Below the pieces are notes generated by a model. The model did no database searches. It was given only the letters and a program-made list of their open reading frames with translations, and was not told the origin of the DNA. A stretch of DNA of 64,000 nucleotides, taken from the NCBI GenBank assembly GCA_937952415.1, contig CALFYT010000120.1, forward strand, positions 5,026 to 69,025, in the 5' to 3' direction. A program made the translations under genes and the position numbers. Shown one piece after another: positions 50,213 to 59,418 of this stretch. This DNA is from an uncultured Planctomycetaceae bacterium (lineage in GTDB: Bacteria; Planctomycetota; Planctomycetia; Pirellulales; PALSA-1355). Within the stretch, counting starts at the first letter, position 1. Each line of letters begins with the position of its first letter.

Positions 50213-51159
50213 GCGCTTTGGGCGACCAGTCAACTTCGACGGGTGGCGAGCAGCAGCGGTCGTCGCGAAGTGCCGAGGTGCCGACGGCGCCGAGTCGTCG
50301 CCGCGTCTGGGTGACCCTGGGCGGACTGTTGGTCGTCCAGGGGCTGGTTTGCGTATTCCTCTGGCCCAATGACACTCCCGCGGCCAGGGGTGTTGTGGCG
50401 TGGCTTCGGTATGCGAGCATTGGGACGATTCTCTCGCAGCCGATGCTTTGGGCGATCGTAACGGCGTTTGGGCCGGGACGCTGGTTGGTCCGTTTTCCCG
50501 CTGGATTGTTGATCGTCTCGATGCTCGGTTTTCTGGCGACCTACGGAGCCGCGCGGCGCGGCGATCACGAAAGCATCTTCTTCGCGATTGCGTTCTTCGT
50601 TCTTCCGTTTCTCGTGCTACAGGTGCCGCTCACGGTGCTGCGCCAGTTGAGCGAGTGGCGCATCGTTTGGACGGGCGAACGCCACGTTGGCACTGCCCGT
50701 CGAACGCAATTCAGCCTGCGTTGGCTCCTGGCGATCATCACGGGCGTGGCTCTTGTACTGGCAATTGGCCGGGGAGCCTCCGCGGCCAACTGGCCTTCGG
50801 GCAGTGTGACCGAGTGGTTCATGCTCCTTTTGGACATTTCCATTGTCGCGGTTGTCGTGAGTGGAGCTTCCGTCGGGGCCACGCCGCTGGTGGTCACCGC
50901 TCTGGGTACGGCACGTCGGGGGTACGGACTATTCACCGCGTTGGCGGGACTGCTTGGATCCGCCTGGCTCCTCTATTGGCTCATGCCTCGCGATCCCGAC
51001 ACACTTCTCATGGTCGCTTTTATGTTGCCCACCGCCTGGCTCTGGATCTTTTTCAATCTATGGGTCCTGCGTTGGTGCGGGTTTCGACTGGTGCGCGAGA
51101 CAGAGTTGGTGACGCCGTACTGCCACGCGCCGATTGGGAGCGGGCAGCATGAGTCTTGA
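50209..51159 (+). CDS. Hypothetical polytopic membrane protein (tandem paralog 2)
   Basis: Start at MSALGDQSTSTGG, parallel to paralog 1 and overlapping its stop (ATGA at 50209-50212). Same architecture. Confidence 0.65.
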   Translation: MSALGDQSTSTGGEQQRSSRSAEVPTAPSRRRVWVTLGGLLVVQGLVCVFLWPNDTPAARGVVAWLRYASIGTILSQPMLWAIVTAFGPGRWLVRFPAGLLIVSMLGFLATYGAARRGDHESIFFAIAFFVLPFLVLQVPLTVLRQLSEWRIVWTGERHVGTARRTQFSLRWLLAIITGVALVLAIGRGASAANWPSGSVTEWFMLLLDISIVAVVVSGASVGATPLVVTALGTARRGYGLFTALAGLLGSAWLLYWLMPRDPDTLLMVAFMLPTAWLWIFFNLWVLRWCGFRLVRETELVTPYCHAPIGSGQHES

Positions 51160-51198
51160 CCGGCAAGGTCGTTCCTGCGGCGTGGGCCTCGAGCTTGA

Positions 51199-51969
51199 TC
51201 ATGGGTCGAGCCCTTCGAACAGGGCCGAACCGATGCGGACCATCGTCGCCCCGCAACGGATGGCCGTTTCGAAGTCGCCGCTCATGCCGATCGACAGCTC
51301 GTCCAGAGCGACGTTGGGCGGCGCGTTGGCCGCCAGACGATCGCGCAGCATGCGCAACTGTTCGAAGTCGCGCTGGGCCGTATCCTCGCCGCCGGTGCGC
51401 GCGGCCATGCCCATCAGACCGCGAATCGATACGTGTGGCCACTGCTGGGCGTCGGCCACCAGCGGTTCGACTTCGTCGGGTGGCAGGCCCGTCTTCGATG
51501 CGTCGCCGGTGACGTTGGCTTCAAGCAGCACGCGGACGTTGCGCCCGAGCTGGGCCGCTTCTTCATTCACCGCAAGGAGCAGGCGACGGCTATCGACCGA
51601 TTGGATCAAGTCGACCAGCGGCAGCGTGCGGCGGATCTTGTTGCGTTGCAAGTGGCCGACCAGATGCCAGCGGACGACCGGGTCACGGGCGGTTGCAGTG
51701 CCGGATGCAGCGCCGGACGCGCCAGTGTCCGATGAATCTTTGCCTGCCGCCAATGCCGCGGCCTTGGCCCACAGTTCCTGCGGCCGGCTTTCGCCCAGGT
51801 CGAGGCAGCCGGCTTCGACCACCGCGGCGGCCAGGTCGGCATCGACGTACTTCGTCACCGCGATCAGCGTGATGTCGTTGGCCGTTCGCCCGCTTTCGCT
51901 CGCGGCATTGGCAACCCGCTGGCGAAGTGCCGCCAGGTTGTCGGCGATGCGCGCGGCGCGGCGACTCAT
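51199..51969 (-). CDS. yggS: YggS-family PLP-binding (PLP homeostasis) protein
   Basis: LIAVTKYV (PLP Lys), WHLVGHLQRNK, IGMSGDFETAI..GATMVRIGSALFG. ATGA overlap with the upstream gene. Confidence 0.85.
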   Translation of the reverse strand: MSRRAARIADNLAALRQRVANAASESGRTANDITLIAVTKYVDADLAAAVVEAGCLDLGESRPQELWAKAAALAAGKDSSDTGASGAASGTATARDPVVRWHLVGHLQRNKIRRTLPLVDLIQSVDSRRLLLAVNEEAAQLGRNVRVLLEANVTGDASKTGLPPDEVEPLVADAQQWPHVSIRGLMGMAARTGGEDTAQRDFEQLRMLRDRLAANAPPNVALDELSIGMSGDFETAIRCGATMVRIGSALFEGLDP

Positions 51970-53786
51970 GGGGGGTCGATTTCCAACTGCGGTTCGACTT
52001 TGCCCTCGTCGGAGAACATGCCGAACATGAATTGGTGCATCAGGCTCTTGCTCAGCAGGCTCCGAATTGCCGGCGGGGCCAGCGAACGGTAAATGACCCA
52101 TTGTGACGCGTCGAGCTGCACGCGGAATCCGGCGGCGACGTCGACCGGCACGTTTTCACGATCTTCGGCCACGGTCAGTTGCCGCCACGTCAGATCGCGG
52201 CGGAACCGGCTGGTGTCGAGGTCGAGAAACAGCGGCGCCAGCAAGCGCGGCTGCTCGGACGACTGCGTCAACCGCAGCACGCGATCTTCAGCTTGGAATT
52301 CGCCACGACCGCGCGCGACGCGCCATTCAGGCAGCGCCAGCGGCATCGCCCGGGCCATCGGCTTGCGGCCGACGAACAGGGTTCCCTCGCGGGTTTCATC
52401 CTCGGGCCTGAACTGTGCGTCGTCGGCCAGTGGCAGACAACTGGCATAGTCGATACGGCCGGGAGCCGTGCCGAGGACCGTATCGGCGAGGAATAAGATC
52501 CGATGCGCACGCGCGAGCAGGATGTGCCGCTCCAGCTCGACGCCGTGTGTCAGGTCGAGGCACAGCTCGAGGTAGTCCATGTCGTGGTCCGACAGCCAAC
52601 ACGTCTGTTGCCAGTCGCCCAGTGGCTCAAGCCGGCGACCGGCGAAGTCGATTTCCACTTCCCACCCGCCAGACAACAGCGTGCGCGTATCGACGCTCAG
52701 TTCAAGGCGCACCTGCGGCGCGCCGTATGCTACGGTCAGCAGCGGCGAGTCGGGTGACCAGTTGCTGCGCAACTGGGCCAGGCCCGCCGATTCGCAATCA
52801 AACGCCGGCTTGGGCAGCGAATCGTTTGCCCGGTTGGTGGTGCGGCCGTCGGTGGTGAGCCGTGCTAGTCGCGCACTATCACGTCCGGCCATCCGCGTCG
52901 CGGCCGCCAGCAGCGAGTCGTCCCATTTGCTGGCATCGTCCGGCGCAAAAACGGCTTGTCTGCCGCGGCGCGACAGACGCAAGGCCGCGTTGAGCAGTGT
53001 CTGATACTGGCGGTCCGCTTGGACGCCGCCCCATGCGCCTTCCAATTGGCTGCCGAGCGCGCGGCAACGCGTCCAAGAGGCCAAGAGCGGGCGTACGTCG
53101 GGCAACGTGCGGCAATGTGGATATCGGCTGCCGTTGAGTAGCGCTTTCAGGCCGTTAACCGACGCACGGCGTCCGTCCGATCGCAAGCCCGCGCAGCGGG
53201 CCAATTCGGGAAATGTGTAAGCCAAGGTCAAAGCCAACTCGCCGCAGGCAAGTTGTTTCGTCAACGGTTTGTCGGAAGAATCTACTGGCTCCTCGACCGC
53301 AGCGACCAGATGGTTGAGTAGGCGCCACCAGAGTTTTTCGTCGCAGTGCTCGGCCAGATGCGGTAGCGCCCAACACCACGCCACGGACTCCAGGGCCAGC
53401 GCCGCGGTCAGCGGCGCCGATTCGGCGCGGGCCAACCATTCGGTCGCCGCCGTGCTCGCTCCGGAAGCCGCGCGACGATTGCCCTGCTCGAGACGAGCCA
53501 ATTGTTTGATGAGCGCGCGGGCCGAGTCGAATGGTTCGCCGTGTGGCACGGACCAGGCCAGCGGCGGATCGTCGCAGCGGAGCAATTGGGCCAGCCGACG
53601 CTGGCGGCGAGCTCGCAAGTGTTTGCGCCAAGCTTCCCAGCCCGGGCCGCTATCGGGCGATTCGTAGGCCGCAATGACGCCGGCCGGTGCGGCCGACGAC
53701 CAGGGGCCAGCCGGGCCGAGGGGAAATTTGGTTTGCGATCGACGTGAAGACGCGGCTTTTCGGTGCGGAGTGGTCGTGGTCGCCAT
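51966..53786 (-). CDS. Hypothetical large protein (possible degenerate heparinase II/III-like architecture)
   Basis: Long ORF with coding-type composition. Start set at MATTTTPHRK (ORF maximum 53990). The resemblance to heparinase II/III (helical N-terminal half, beta-rich C-terminal half) is weak. Confidence 0.55.
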   Translation of the reverse strand: MATTTTPHRKAASSRRSQTKFPLGPAGPWSSAAPAGVIAAYESPDSGPGWEAWRKHLRARRQRRLAQLLRCDDPPLAWSVPHGEPFDSARALIKQLARLEQGNRRAASGASTAATEWLARAESAPLTAALALESVAWCWALPHLAEHCDEKLWWRLLNHLVAAVEEPVDSSDKPLTKQLACGELALTLAYTFPELARCAGLRSDGRRASVNGLKALLNGSRYPHCRTLPDVRPLLASWTRCRALGSQLEGAWGGVQADRQYQTLLNAALRLSRRGRQAVFAPDDASKWDDSLLAAATRMAGRDSARLARLTTDGRTTNRANDSLPKPAFDCESAGLAQLRSNWSPDSPLLTVAYGAPQVRLELSVDTRTLLSGGWEVEIDFAGRRLEPLGDWQQTCWLSDHDMDYLELCLDLTHGVELERHILLARAHRILFLADTVLGTAPGRIDYASCLPLADDAQFRPEDETREGTLFVGRKPMARAMPLALPEWRVARGRGEFQAEDRVLRLTQSSEQPRLLAPLFLDLDTSRFRRDLTWRQLTVAEDRENVPVDVAAGFRVQLDASQWVIYRSLAPPAIRSLLSKSLMHQFMFGMFSDEGKVEPQLEIDPP

Positions 53787-54006
53787 CGTTGCAATCGGCC
53801 GGGCGACACGCACAGTCCAGATGCTCGGACAGGATCGTGCCGGCTGGGGCCGAATCGTACCTCCTTGATTGCGTGGGATTCCGGATTGCGGGTATCTTAA
53901 CAGGCAGAGACTCGAAGCGTTAGGGGCCAGCAGCGATTGGTTCGTCGATCGACGGTCCAATAAATGATTTGCCGCGGCCCAGTCCGACAATCAGGAGGCA
54001 GCACTG

Positions 54007-54795
54007 ATGCAAGGATGGCGACGCACGTTTCGGCACTACGTCGTAGCGGGATGCGCGGCGTTGATTGCGATGAGCACCTTTCTTGGCGGTGCGGCGCTCA
54101 CGGCGGAGCCCGGCGATTTGAGCGACGACGGCCAGACTCCGGGTCAGGTCTCGCAAACGAGCGAAAAAAAGAAACGCAGCCTGTCGAAAGACCCGCCCGG
54201 CATGAAGCGGCTGGTTCCGGACGCCGATCTGTGGATCGACCCGAAGCACAACCGAGTGGTGGTCGACGGCACGGTCGTGTTGCGCGAGGGATTTTTGGAG
54301 ATGTTCGCCTGTCCGATCGGCACAAAGGAGCACGAGTCGATCGTGGCGGTCGACGCCAAGGCTTATGCGGTTCACGCCGGGCTGCTGGCCGCCGGCGCCA
54401 AGTCCGGCGCGCCGGCGGAGTTCGAGCCTGAATACAAGCCGGCTAGCGGCACCGAGATCGAGATTGACGTTGTCTGGCGTGATGCCGACGGCAACGATCA
54501 GCGCGCTCGGGCCCAGGATTGGGTGCGTGACATAGAATCGGGCAAGTCGATGCAATACCCATGGGTGTTTGCCGGGAGCGGATTCTGGACCGACGAGGCC
54601 AGCGGCATCAAGTACTATATGGCGGAGCAGGGAGATTTCATCTGTGTATCGAATTTTCCCAGCGCGATGCTCGACTTGCCGGTGCCTAGCAGCCAAGACA
54701 ACCAGCACCTGGCGTACGAGGCGTTTACCGAACGGATTCCTCCGCTGGGCACGCGCGTGCGGTTGGTGCTGACGCCGAAGCTGGACAAGAAGTAG
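54007..54795 (+). CDS. Hypothetical secreted protein (YdjY-like?)
   Basis: Signal or TM segment VVAGCAALIAMSTFLGGAALTA. Conserved-looking core LEMFACP....HESIV......VHAGLL. The family name is recalled, not verified. Confidence 0.6.
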   Translation: MQGWRRTFRHYVVAGCAALIAMSTFLGGAALTAEPGDLSDDGQTPGQVSQTSEKKKRSLSKDPPGMKRLVPDADLWIDPKHNRVVVDGTVVLREGFLEMFACPIGTKEHESIVAVDAKAYAVHAGLLAAGAKSGAPAEFEPEYKPASGTEIEIDVVWRDADGNDQRARAQDWVRDIESGKSMQYPWVFAGSGFWTDEASGIKYYMAEQGDFICVSNFPSAMLDLPVPSSQDNQHLAYEAFTERIPPLGTRVRLVLTPKLDKK

Positions 54796-54834
54796 CGCGT
54801 GCAGGCCGCGCGATGCCACAGCCTGATCCATGCC

Positions 54835-55737
54835 CTAGGTCACATCGACCGGCGTCTTGCCCGAAGCCATCTGGCCGGTGTCGCGCGTGATCGTTAGCGT
54901 GTACGTCACCATGTCGAGGCAATTCTCGTCGGTGCCGAACGGGTCTTCCGTTTCCACGGCGGCTTCCTCCATGCCAAACAGACCCAACGAAACAATGGCC
55001 ATCACCACGGGCGACCACCAACCTGCCGCGTTCCCCACCGCGAAGGGTAGCGTCAACAGATAGACCAAAATCAGTTGCTTGATCATCACGACGTAGACGA
55101 ACGGCATGGGCGTCTTGAGGATTTTCTCGCAGGCGCCCTGCGAGTCGACCAGCGTGGACAACTGTTCCTCCATGTGCCGCACGAGCTGGGCATTGAGCTT
55201 GCCGATGCGATACTGCCGTTCGATCCACAGCGAGATGGCAAACGCCACTGCCGTGGGTGGATTGCCGAATCGTTCGACCTGTTCGCGGACGTCGTCCGGC
55301 AGAAAGACGTCGCATTCCTGCGAGTCGAAGTTGCCTTGCAGCGATCGCCGGAGCGAAATCACGAAGCCGGCGACCAGATCAGCCAGCCTGCCGCCTTCGT
55401 CGGTGTGGGCCACCCCGACGCGCACCAGGTTGCGACTTGAGTTGATGATCTGTCCCCAGCTCGAGCGTCCTTCCCAGTAACGATTGTTCGAGGCGTTCAT
55501 GCGAAACACAATCAGGAAACCGAGCAAGGTTCCTAGCACGGCGTGTTCGCGCGTGTCCAGGCCATCGTAGAACTCGGTGATGTTCGTCCAGTGGAGCGAC
55601 TGGGCAATCGTAAACGTCGTTTGGATGACGACCGCGTAAAGCGTCATCACGATCACCCGCTTACCGGCCCGCCGCAGCGCGGTACCGCGCAGCGAGAACA
55701 CCTGGCGAATCCAGTTCTTGCGATCGTATTCGATCAT
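54835..55737 (-). CDS. Bestrophin-family (UPF0187/YneE-like) anion channel
   Basis: Start at MIEYDRKNW. FRMNASNNRYWEGR..WG motif and four TM segments. Confidence 0.7.
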   Translation of the reverse strand: MIEYDRKNWIRQVFSLRGTALRRAGKRVIVMTLYAVVIQTTFTIAQSLHWTNITEFYDGLDTREHAVLGTLLGFLIVFRMNASNNRYWEGRSSWGQIINSSRNLVRVGVAHTDEGGRLADLVAGFVISLRRSLQGNFDSQECDVFLPDDVREQVERFGNPPTAVAFAISLWIERQYRIGKLNAQLVRHMEEQLSTLVDSQGACEKILKTPMPFVYVVMIKQLILVYLLTLPFAVGNAAGWWSPVVMAIVSLGLFGMEEAAVETEDPFGTDENCLDMVTYTLTITRDTGQMASGKTPVDVT

Positions 55738-55872
55738 GATCTTCCGCGAAGTCCAGGAATTGCGCGGTAAGCTCCGCGGACTTCGACATGACGTGCCCAC
55801 GGCCAGCGGGTGCAATTGTGAATGCTCCGCCGCCCGGGTCAAGCGCGTTTGTGCTGCACAGCGGGCTTTCGT

Positions 55873-56466
55873 TCATCCGGAGGCTGCGGCACCAAGAACG
55901 GCCTCCTGCATTGCCCGCGCTGATTCGCGGCCGAACTGCTTCTGTTTGCGGCGCACATAGACTCTGGTCAGCCGCGAGAGCCATTGCTGGGGGCGGGAGA
56001 AAGCCAGGATGTCGTACCAGACCGTATCGTCGTCGCGCCGCCATTCGACCTGAAATCGCTCCTCGCCCCGCTCAGGGTGTTCGGCCAGTGTGCCGTAGGC
56101 AAAAGCGAACCGCCGCAGCGGCTTGTCCTCGTCGACCACGTACACAACCCGGCAGGCGCTCACGACCCACAGACCCGCTGCGCGGGCCACGACGCCCACC
56201 GTTTGGCCCGCGGCCGGACTTGCCTGCGGTCGATGTAATTGGATCCAGCCGAACCGATAGTGCTGCCAATTGCGCAGGGCCGCGGCAGCCCGGTCGAACG
56301 TATGCAAGCCGGACCCAAGGGGCACGCGGGTGTGGTCGACGACATAGCCCGACGGAAGCTCGCCGTTGCGCGTCGCGCCCACCTCGGCGTACGAGAACTC
56401 CACTTGCGCCTGCGCGGCCAAGAAATTGCGGATCTGCTGTTCGGTGGGCCTTCGCCAAAGGTACAT
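55873..56466 (-). CDS. DUF1990-like protein
   Basis: Start at MYLWRRP. FSYAEVGAT....P.GY..D..R..LG.G...F..A..AL..W pattern. Confidence 0.6.
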   Translation of the reverse strand: MYLWRRPTEQQIRNFLAAQAQVEFSYAEVGATRNGELPSGYVVDHTRVPLGSGLHTFDRAAAALRNWQHYRFGWIQLHRPQASPAAGQTVGVVARAAGLWVVSACRVVYVVDEDKPLRRFAFAYGTLAEHPERGEERFQVEWRRDDDTVWYDILAFSRPQQWLSRLTRVYVRRKQKQFGRESARAMQEAVLGAAASG

Positions 56467-56680
56467 TGGCTGGTTCCGATCCCTGGTCGGGCGGCAGAGC
56501 TTTGCAATCGCACCGCGCGGTGGACCGGCACGGTCAACGTCTTGCAGGCACATCACGCCCGCCGCGTCGCGTGCGAGGCGCCGATCGCCGGCCTAATCTA
56601 CTTACCACAACCGGAAAGTCGGACCAACGACAACCGCCAGCCAGCTTCTGCAGCACAGCGGCTCCTGGATAGCCGACCGA

Positions 56681-57169
56681 CTACGCCCCATACATCTCCG
56701 GCACCTTGATACCATTGAGTCTAAGATAGACCGACAAATGGGCCCGATGGTGGATCGTGTGGTTGAGCACGAAGGTGCGAATGACCGCGATGCGTGGCAT
56801 GGTGAACATGGGCTTTCCGGCCGCGACCAACGACCACGACTTCATGAACGCCTCGTCCGCGGTCGCGGCGATCGCCTTGCGTCCGGCGGCCAGGTTCGCG
56901 TCGAACATGTCAAGAATCTGTTGCCGGCTCTCGGCCGTAGGTTCCTGATACGGCTCACCTCCCTCTGGATTGACGTCCCACGAGTCCTGCGTCAACGTGC
57001 CCTCCACCCAACCGGCAATACTGGCCAGATGCGTGCCGACCCAACCGATCGAGTGGAAGTCGTCCTGGGCCTTCCACTCCAGCTTGTCGTCGGGGATGCA
57101 CGCGAGCACTTTGCGCGTATTGGCCATTTCGTGGTCGAATTCCGGCAGAATTGATTCGGCGATGCTCAT
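56681..57169 (-). CDS. DinB-superfamily protein
   Basis: Four-helix pattern with His triad positions (GWVGTHLA..., NHTIHHRAHL). Confidence 0.75.
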   Translation of the reverse strand: MSIAESILPEFDHEMANTRKVLACIPDDKLEWKAQDDFHSIGWVGTHLASIAGWVEGTLTQDSWDVNPEGGEPYQEPTAESRQQILDMFDANLAAGRKAIAATADEAFMKSWSLVAAGKPMFTMPRIAVIRTFVLNHTIHHRAHLSVYLRLNGIKVPEMYGA

Positions 57170-57398
57170 GGTTGGTCTCCATATTTTCGACGATGGTCCG
57201 CACTCGCTGCGAGACCTGTGCTGTCGACGCGGGTGCGACGGGTGGGTGTATTCTGGCGGGCAGTCGCCGCGCTTGCAATTAGGCGGCTATTCGAATCGCG
57301 CCATCGTGCGCCATGAACAAAAACAGTGCGATTTCATGAGCTGAAACGAGAGATTTTGTAGAACGTTTCATGTCGCTTAAGCGCGCGACAGCGTATTG

Positions 57399-58340
57399 CT
57401 ATCGGAGTGCCGTGAGCTGTTTGATCAAGAAACCGACTACCGCGTCGGCCTGTTTGCCGCGGTCGCCGGCCGTGTCCTTGTGCAGCAACAGCAGACACTT
57501 GACGCCGTGTTTCTTGCAACGGTCTGCCAGGGCCGTCGAATGCTTCGGATGGTGCAGGTAGTGGCCCCGGTCGACGGACTCACCCGGTAGCCGGGCGCAA
57601 GCGATCGCCACGGGCGGGTCATCGGGCGAAATCAAGTCGATCATCGCGCAGTCTTTCATCGTGCGGTCACCATCGGGCGACTTCGCCGCGGCCCGATCGG
57701 CAAAGCCGTAAAACTCGACCGGGTCCGAAAGACTTACGCCGTCGGGCGGCGGTCCGACGTAGCGGTCCCAATCGCGCAGATCGTACGACGCTTGCCCGTC
57801 GAGCGAACCGGCGGCCACCACGCGCGACGATTGGCGTAGGACCGAGTCGCTGGAATTCGGGTCGGCCAGGTCGTCGTGGAACGCTAGCCACATGCTGGTG
57901 CCCGCGCCGGCCGAACTGCCGTAGATCGCGATCCGCTGCGGATCGAGATTCCACTGCTTCGCGCGGCTGCGCAAGAACTGGATCGACCGGGCCGCATCGC
58001 GCAGGATGTTGGGCAGGCCCGTATGCTCGAGGAACCGGTAGTTGATCGAGGCGAACGATACGCCCGCGTCGAGACACTGTTGGATAGCCGGCCGGTTGCG
58101 AATGCCCTGCTTGTCGCCGCGCCGAAAACCTCCGCCGTGCATGAAGATCAACAGGGGCGTCGGTTTCTCGGACGGAGCTAGCCAAAGGTCGAGCACGTTG
58201 CGCTCGTGCGGACCGTAGGAAAGATCTTCGTAGGTTGGCGGCACCGGCTCTGCGGCAACCGCCCTGCCCTGCACGACCAGCACCAGGCCGCAAACCACGA
58301 CCACCGCCAAGCATTTGGTCCGCATCGTCGAGCGTTTCAT
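57399..58340 (-). CDS. Secreted alpha/beta hydrolase (esterase/lipase type)
   Basis: Signal peptide, oxyanion HGGGF and nucleophile elbow GSSAGA. Confidence 0.8.
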   Translation of the reverse strand: MKRSTMRTKCLAVVVVCGLVLVVQGRAVAAEPVPPTYEDLSYGPHERNVLDLWLAPSEKPTPLLIFMHGGGFRRGDKQGIRNRPAIQQCLDAGVSFASINYRFLEHTGLPNILRDAARSIQFLRSRAKQWNLDPQRIAIYGSSAGAGTSMWLAFHDDLADPNSSDSVLRQSSRVVAAGSLDGQASYDLRDWDRYVGPPPDGVSLSDPVEFYGFADRAAAKSPDGDRTMKDCAMIDLISPDDPPVAIACARLPGESVDRGHYLHHPKHSTALADRCKKHGVKCLLLLHKDTAGDRGKQADAVVGFLIKQLTALR

Positions 58341-58398
58341 CGCTGGGACTCCGTCGAAAGTTGGTCGAGGCCAAAGGTTTTGGGGATCGAGCGGGCGA

Positions 58399-59232
58399 TC
58401 AGCCGATCTGGCAGTGCTCGAGCACCGATTGCGGTGTCGAAACGTAGCTCACGTAGAACGGTCCGAACTCGGCATAACGGGCGCTGGCTTCGTCGAATCG
58501 CATGCGATAGACGATGTCTTTGAGGAACTCGGGCGTTCGCGACCAGAGCGTAACGCCCCATTCCCAATCGTCGAACCCGACCGAGACGGTAATCAACTGC
58601 GTTACTTTGCCGCCAAAGGTCATGCCCGTGCGGCCGTGTTCGGCCATCAGTTTGTTGCGGGAGTCGAAGTCGAGCAGAAACCAGTTCTCGCCCACCTCGC
58701 GCTTTTTGTTCATCGGGTAGAAGCAGGTGTTCGGCCAGGGCGGCAAATCGGGCGTCAGGCGTTGCGTGCGCATCATCGCTTCGCGGCCCTCGTATGCTTT
58801 GAGCTTGGCCTGATACGCCGGGCCATTGGGGTCTTCGCCCTCTTCGACCAGACGCTTTCCGTACTGCTCGACCGTCGGCACGTACTCGGAAACCTCCGTC
58901 AGCGAGACGAATGAGTAGGTGGGCACCAGTACGGCGCCGAGCGGCCCCGACATGAGGCGTTGATGCACCGCATCGATTGCGAGCGGATCGGCGTCGAGGA
59001 TCATCAGTCCGAAGTCGGCCTTGTTGCCGCCGACGATCGACGTTTGCAAGCGAGCCGGACCGCCGTCGCGCTCGGGATCGAGCGCGGCGACGAACTGCGC
59101 GCAACCGTTGGAACGCTGCGCGGCGCTGAGCGCGGCCAGTGCCGCATGATCGAACCGATAGTACAAGTGGCTACAGTGCCAGCCTTCGGTAGGCTTGATG
59201 GAAACTTCGCCCCCGCCGGTGGGTTGATTCAT
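58399..59232 (-). CDS. Chlorite dismutase family protein (coproheme decarboxylase/HemQ-like)
   Basis: WHCSHLYYRF, YPMNKKR..ENWF.L, MAEHGR.G......V.QLIT.S.G.DDWEW.VTLW motifs. Confidence 0.8.
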   Translation of the reverse strand: MNQPTGGGEVSIKPTEGWHCSHLYYRFDHAALAALSAAQRSNGCAQFVAALDPERDGGPARLQTSIVGGNKADFGLMILDADPLAIDAVHQRLMSGPLGAVLVPTYSFVSLTEVSEYVPTVEQYGKRLVEEGEDPNGPAYQAKLKAYEGREAMMRTQRLTPDLPPWPNTCFYPMNKKREVGENWFLLDFDSRNKLMAEHGRTGMTFGGKVTQLITVSVGFDDWEWGVTLWSRTPEFLKDIVYRMRFDEASARYAEFGPFYVSYVSTPQSVLEHCQIG

Positions 59233-59418
59233 TACGTGCTGCTCTATGTACTGTGAACGACGTTTTCAACAAGGCCTTAGTAGACCATGCAGTCGCTTAG
59301 AACACAAAGGCTCGACCAAGTCCGGCACGTGCGGCGGCTGGTTTCTTGCCGCGCCACTTCGAAGATGGGCTGCCGCGCCATCCGTGGCGTTCCGCACGGC
59401 GGGGTCGCGACTGCGACG

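Noticed and set aside
55788-56672. 294-aa plus-strand ORF
   Set aside because: It is antisense to the DUF1990-like gene, extremely Arg/Pro-rich, and has no start-site support.
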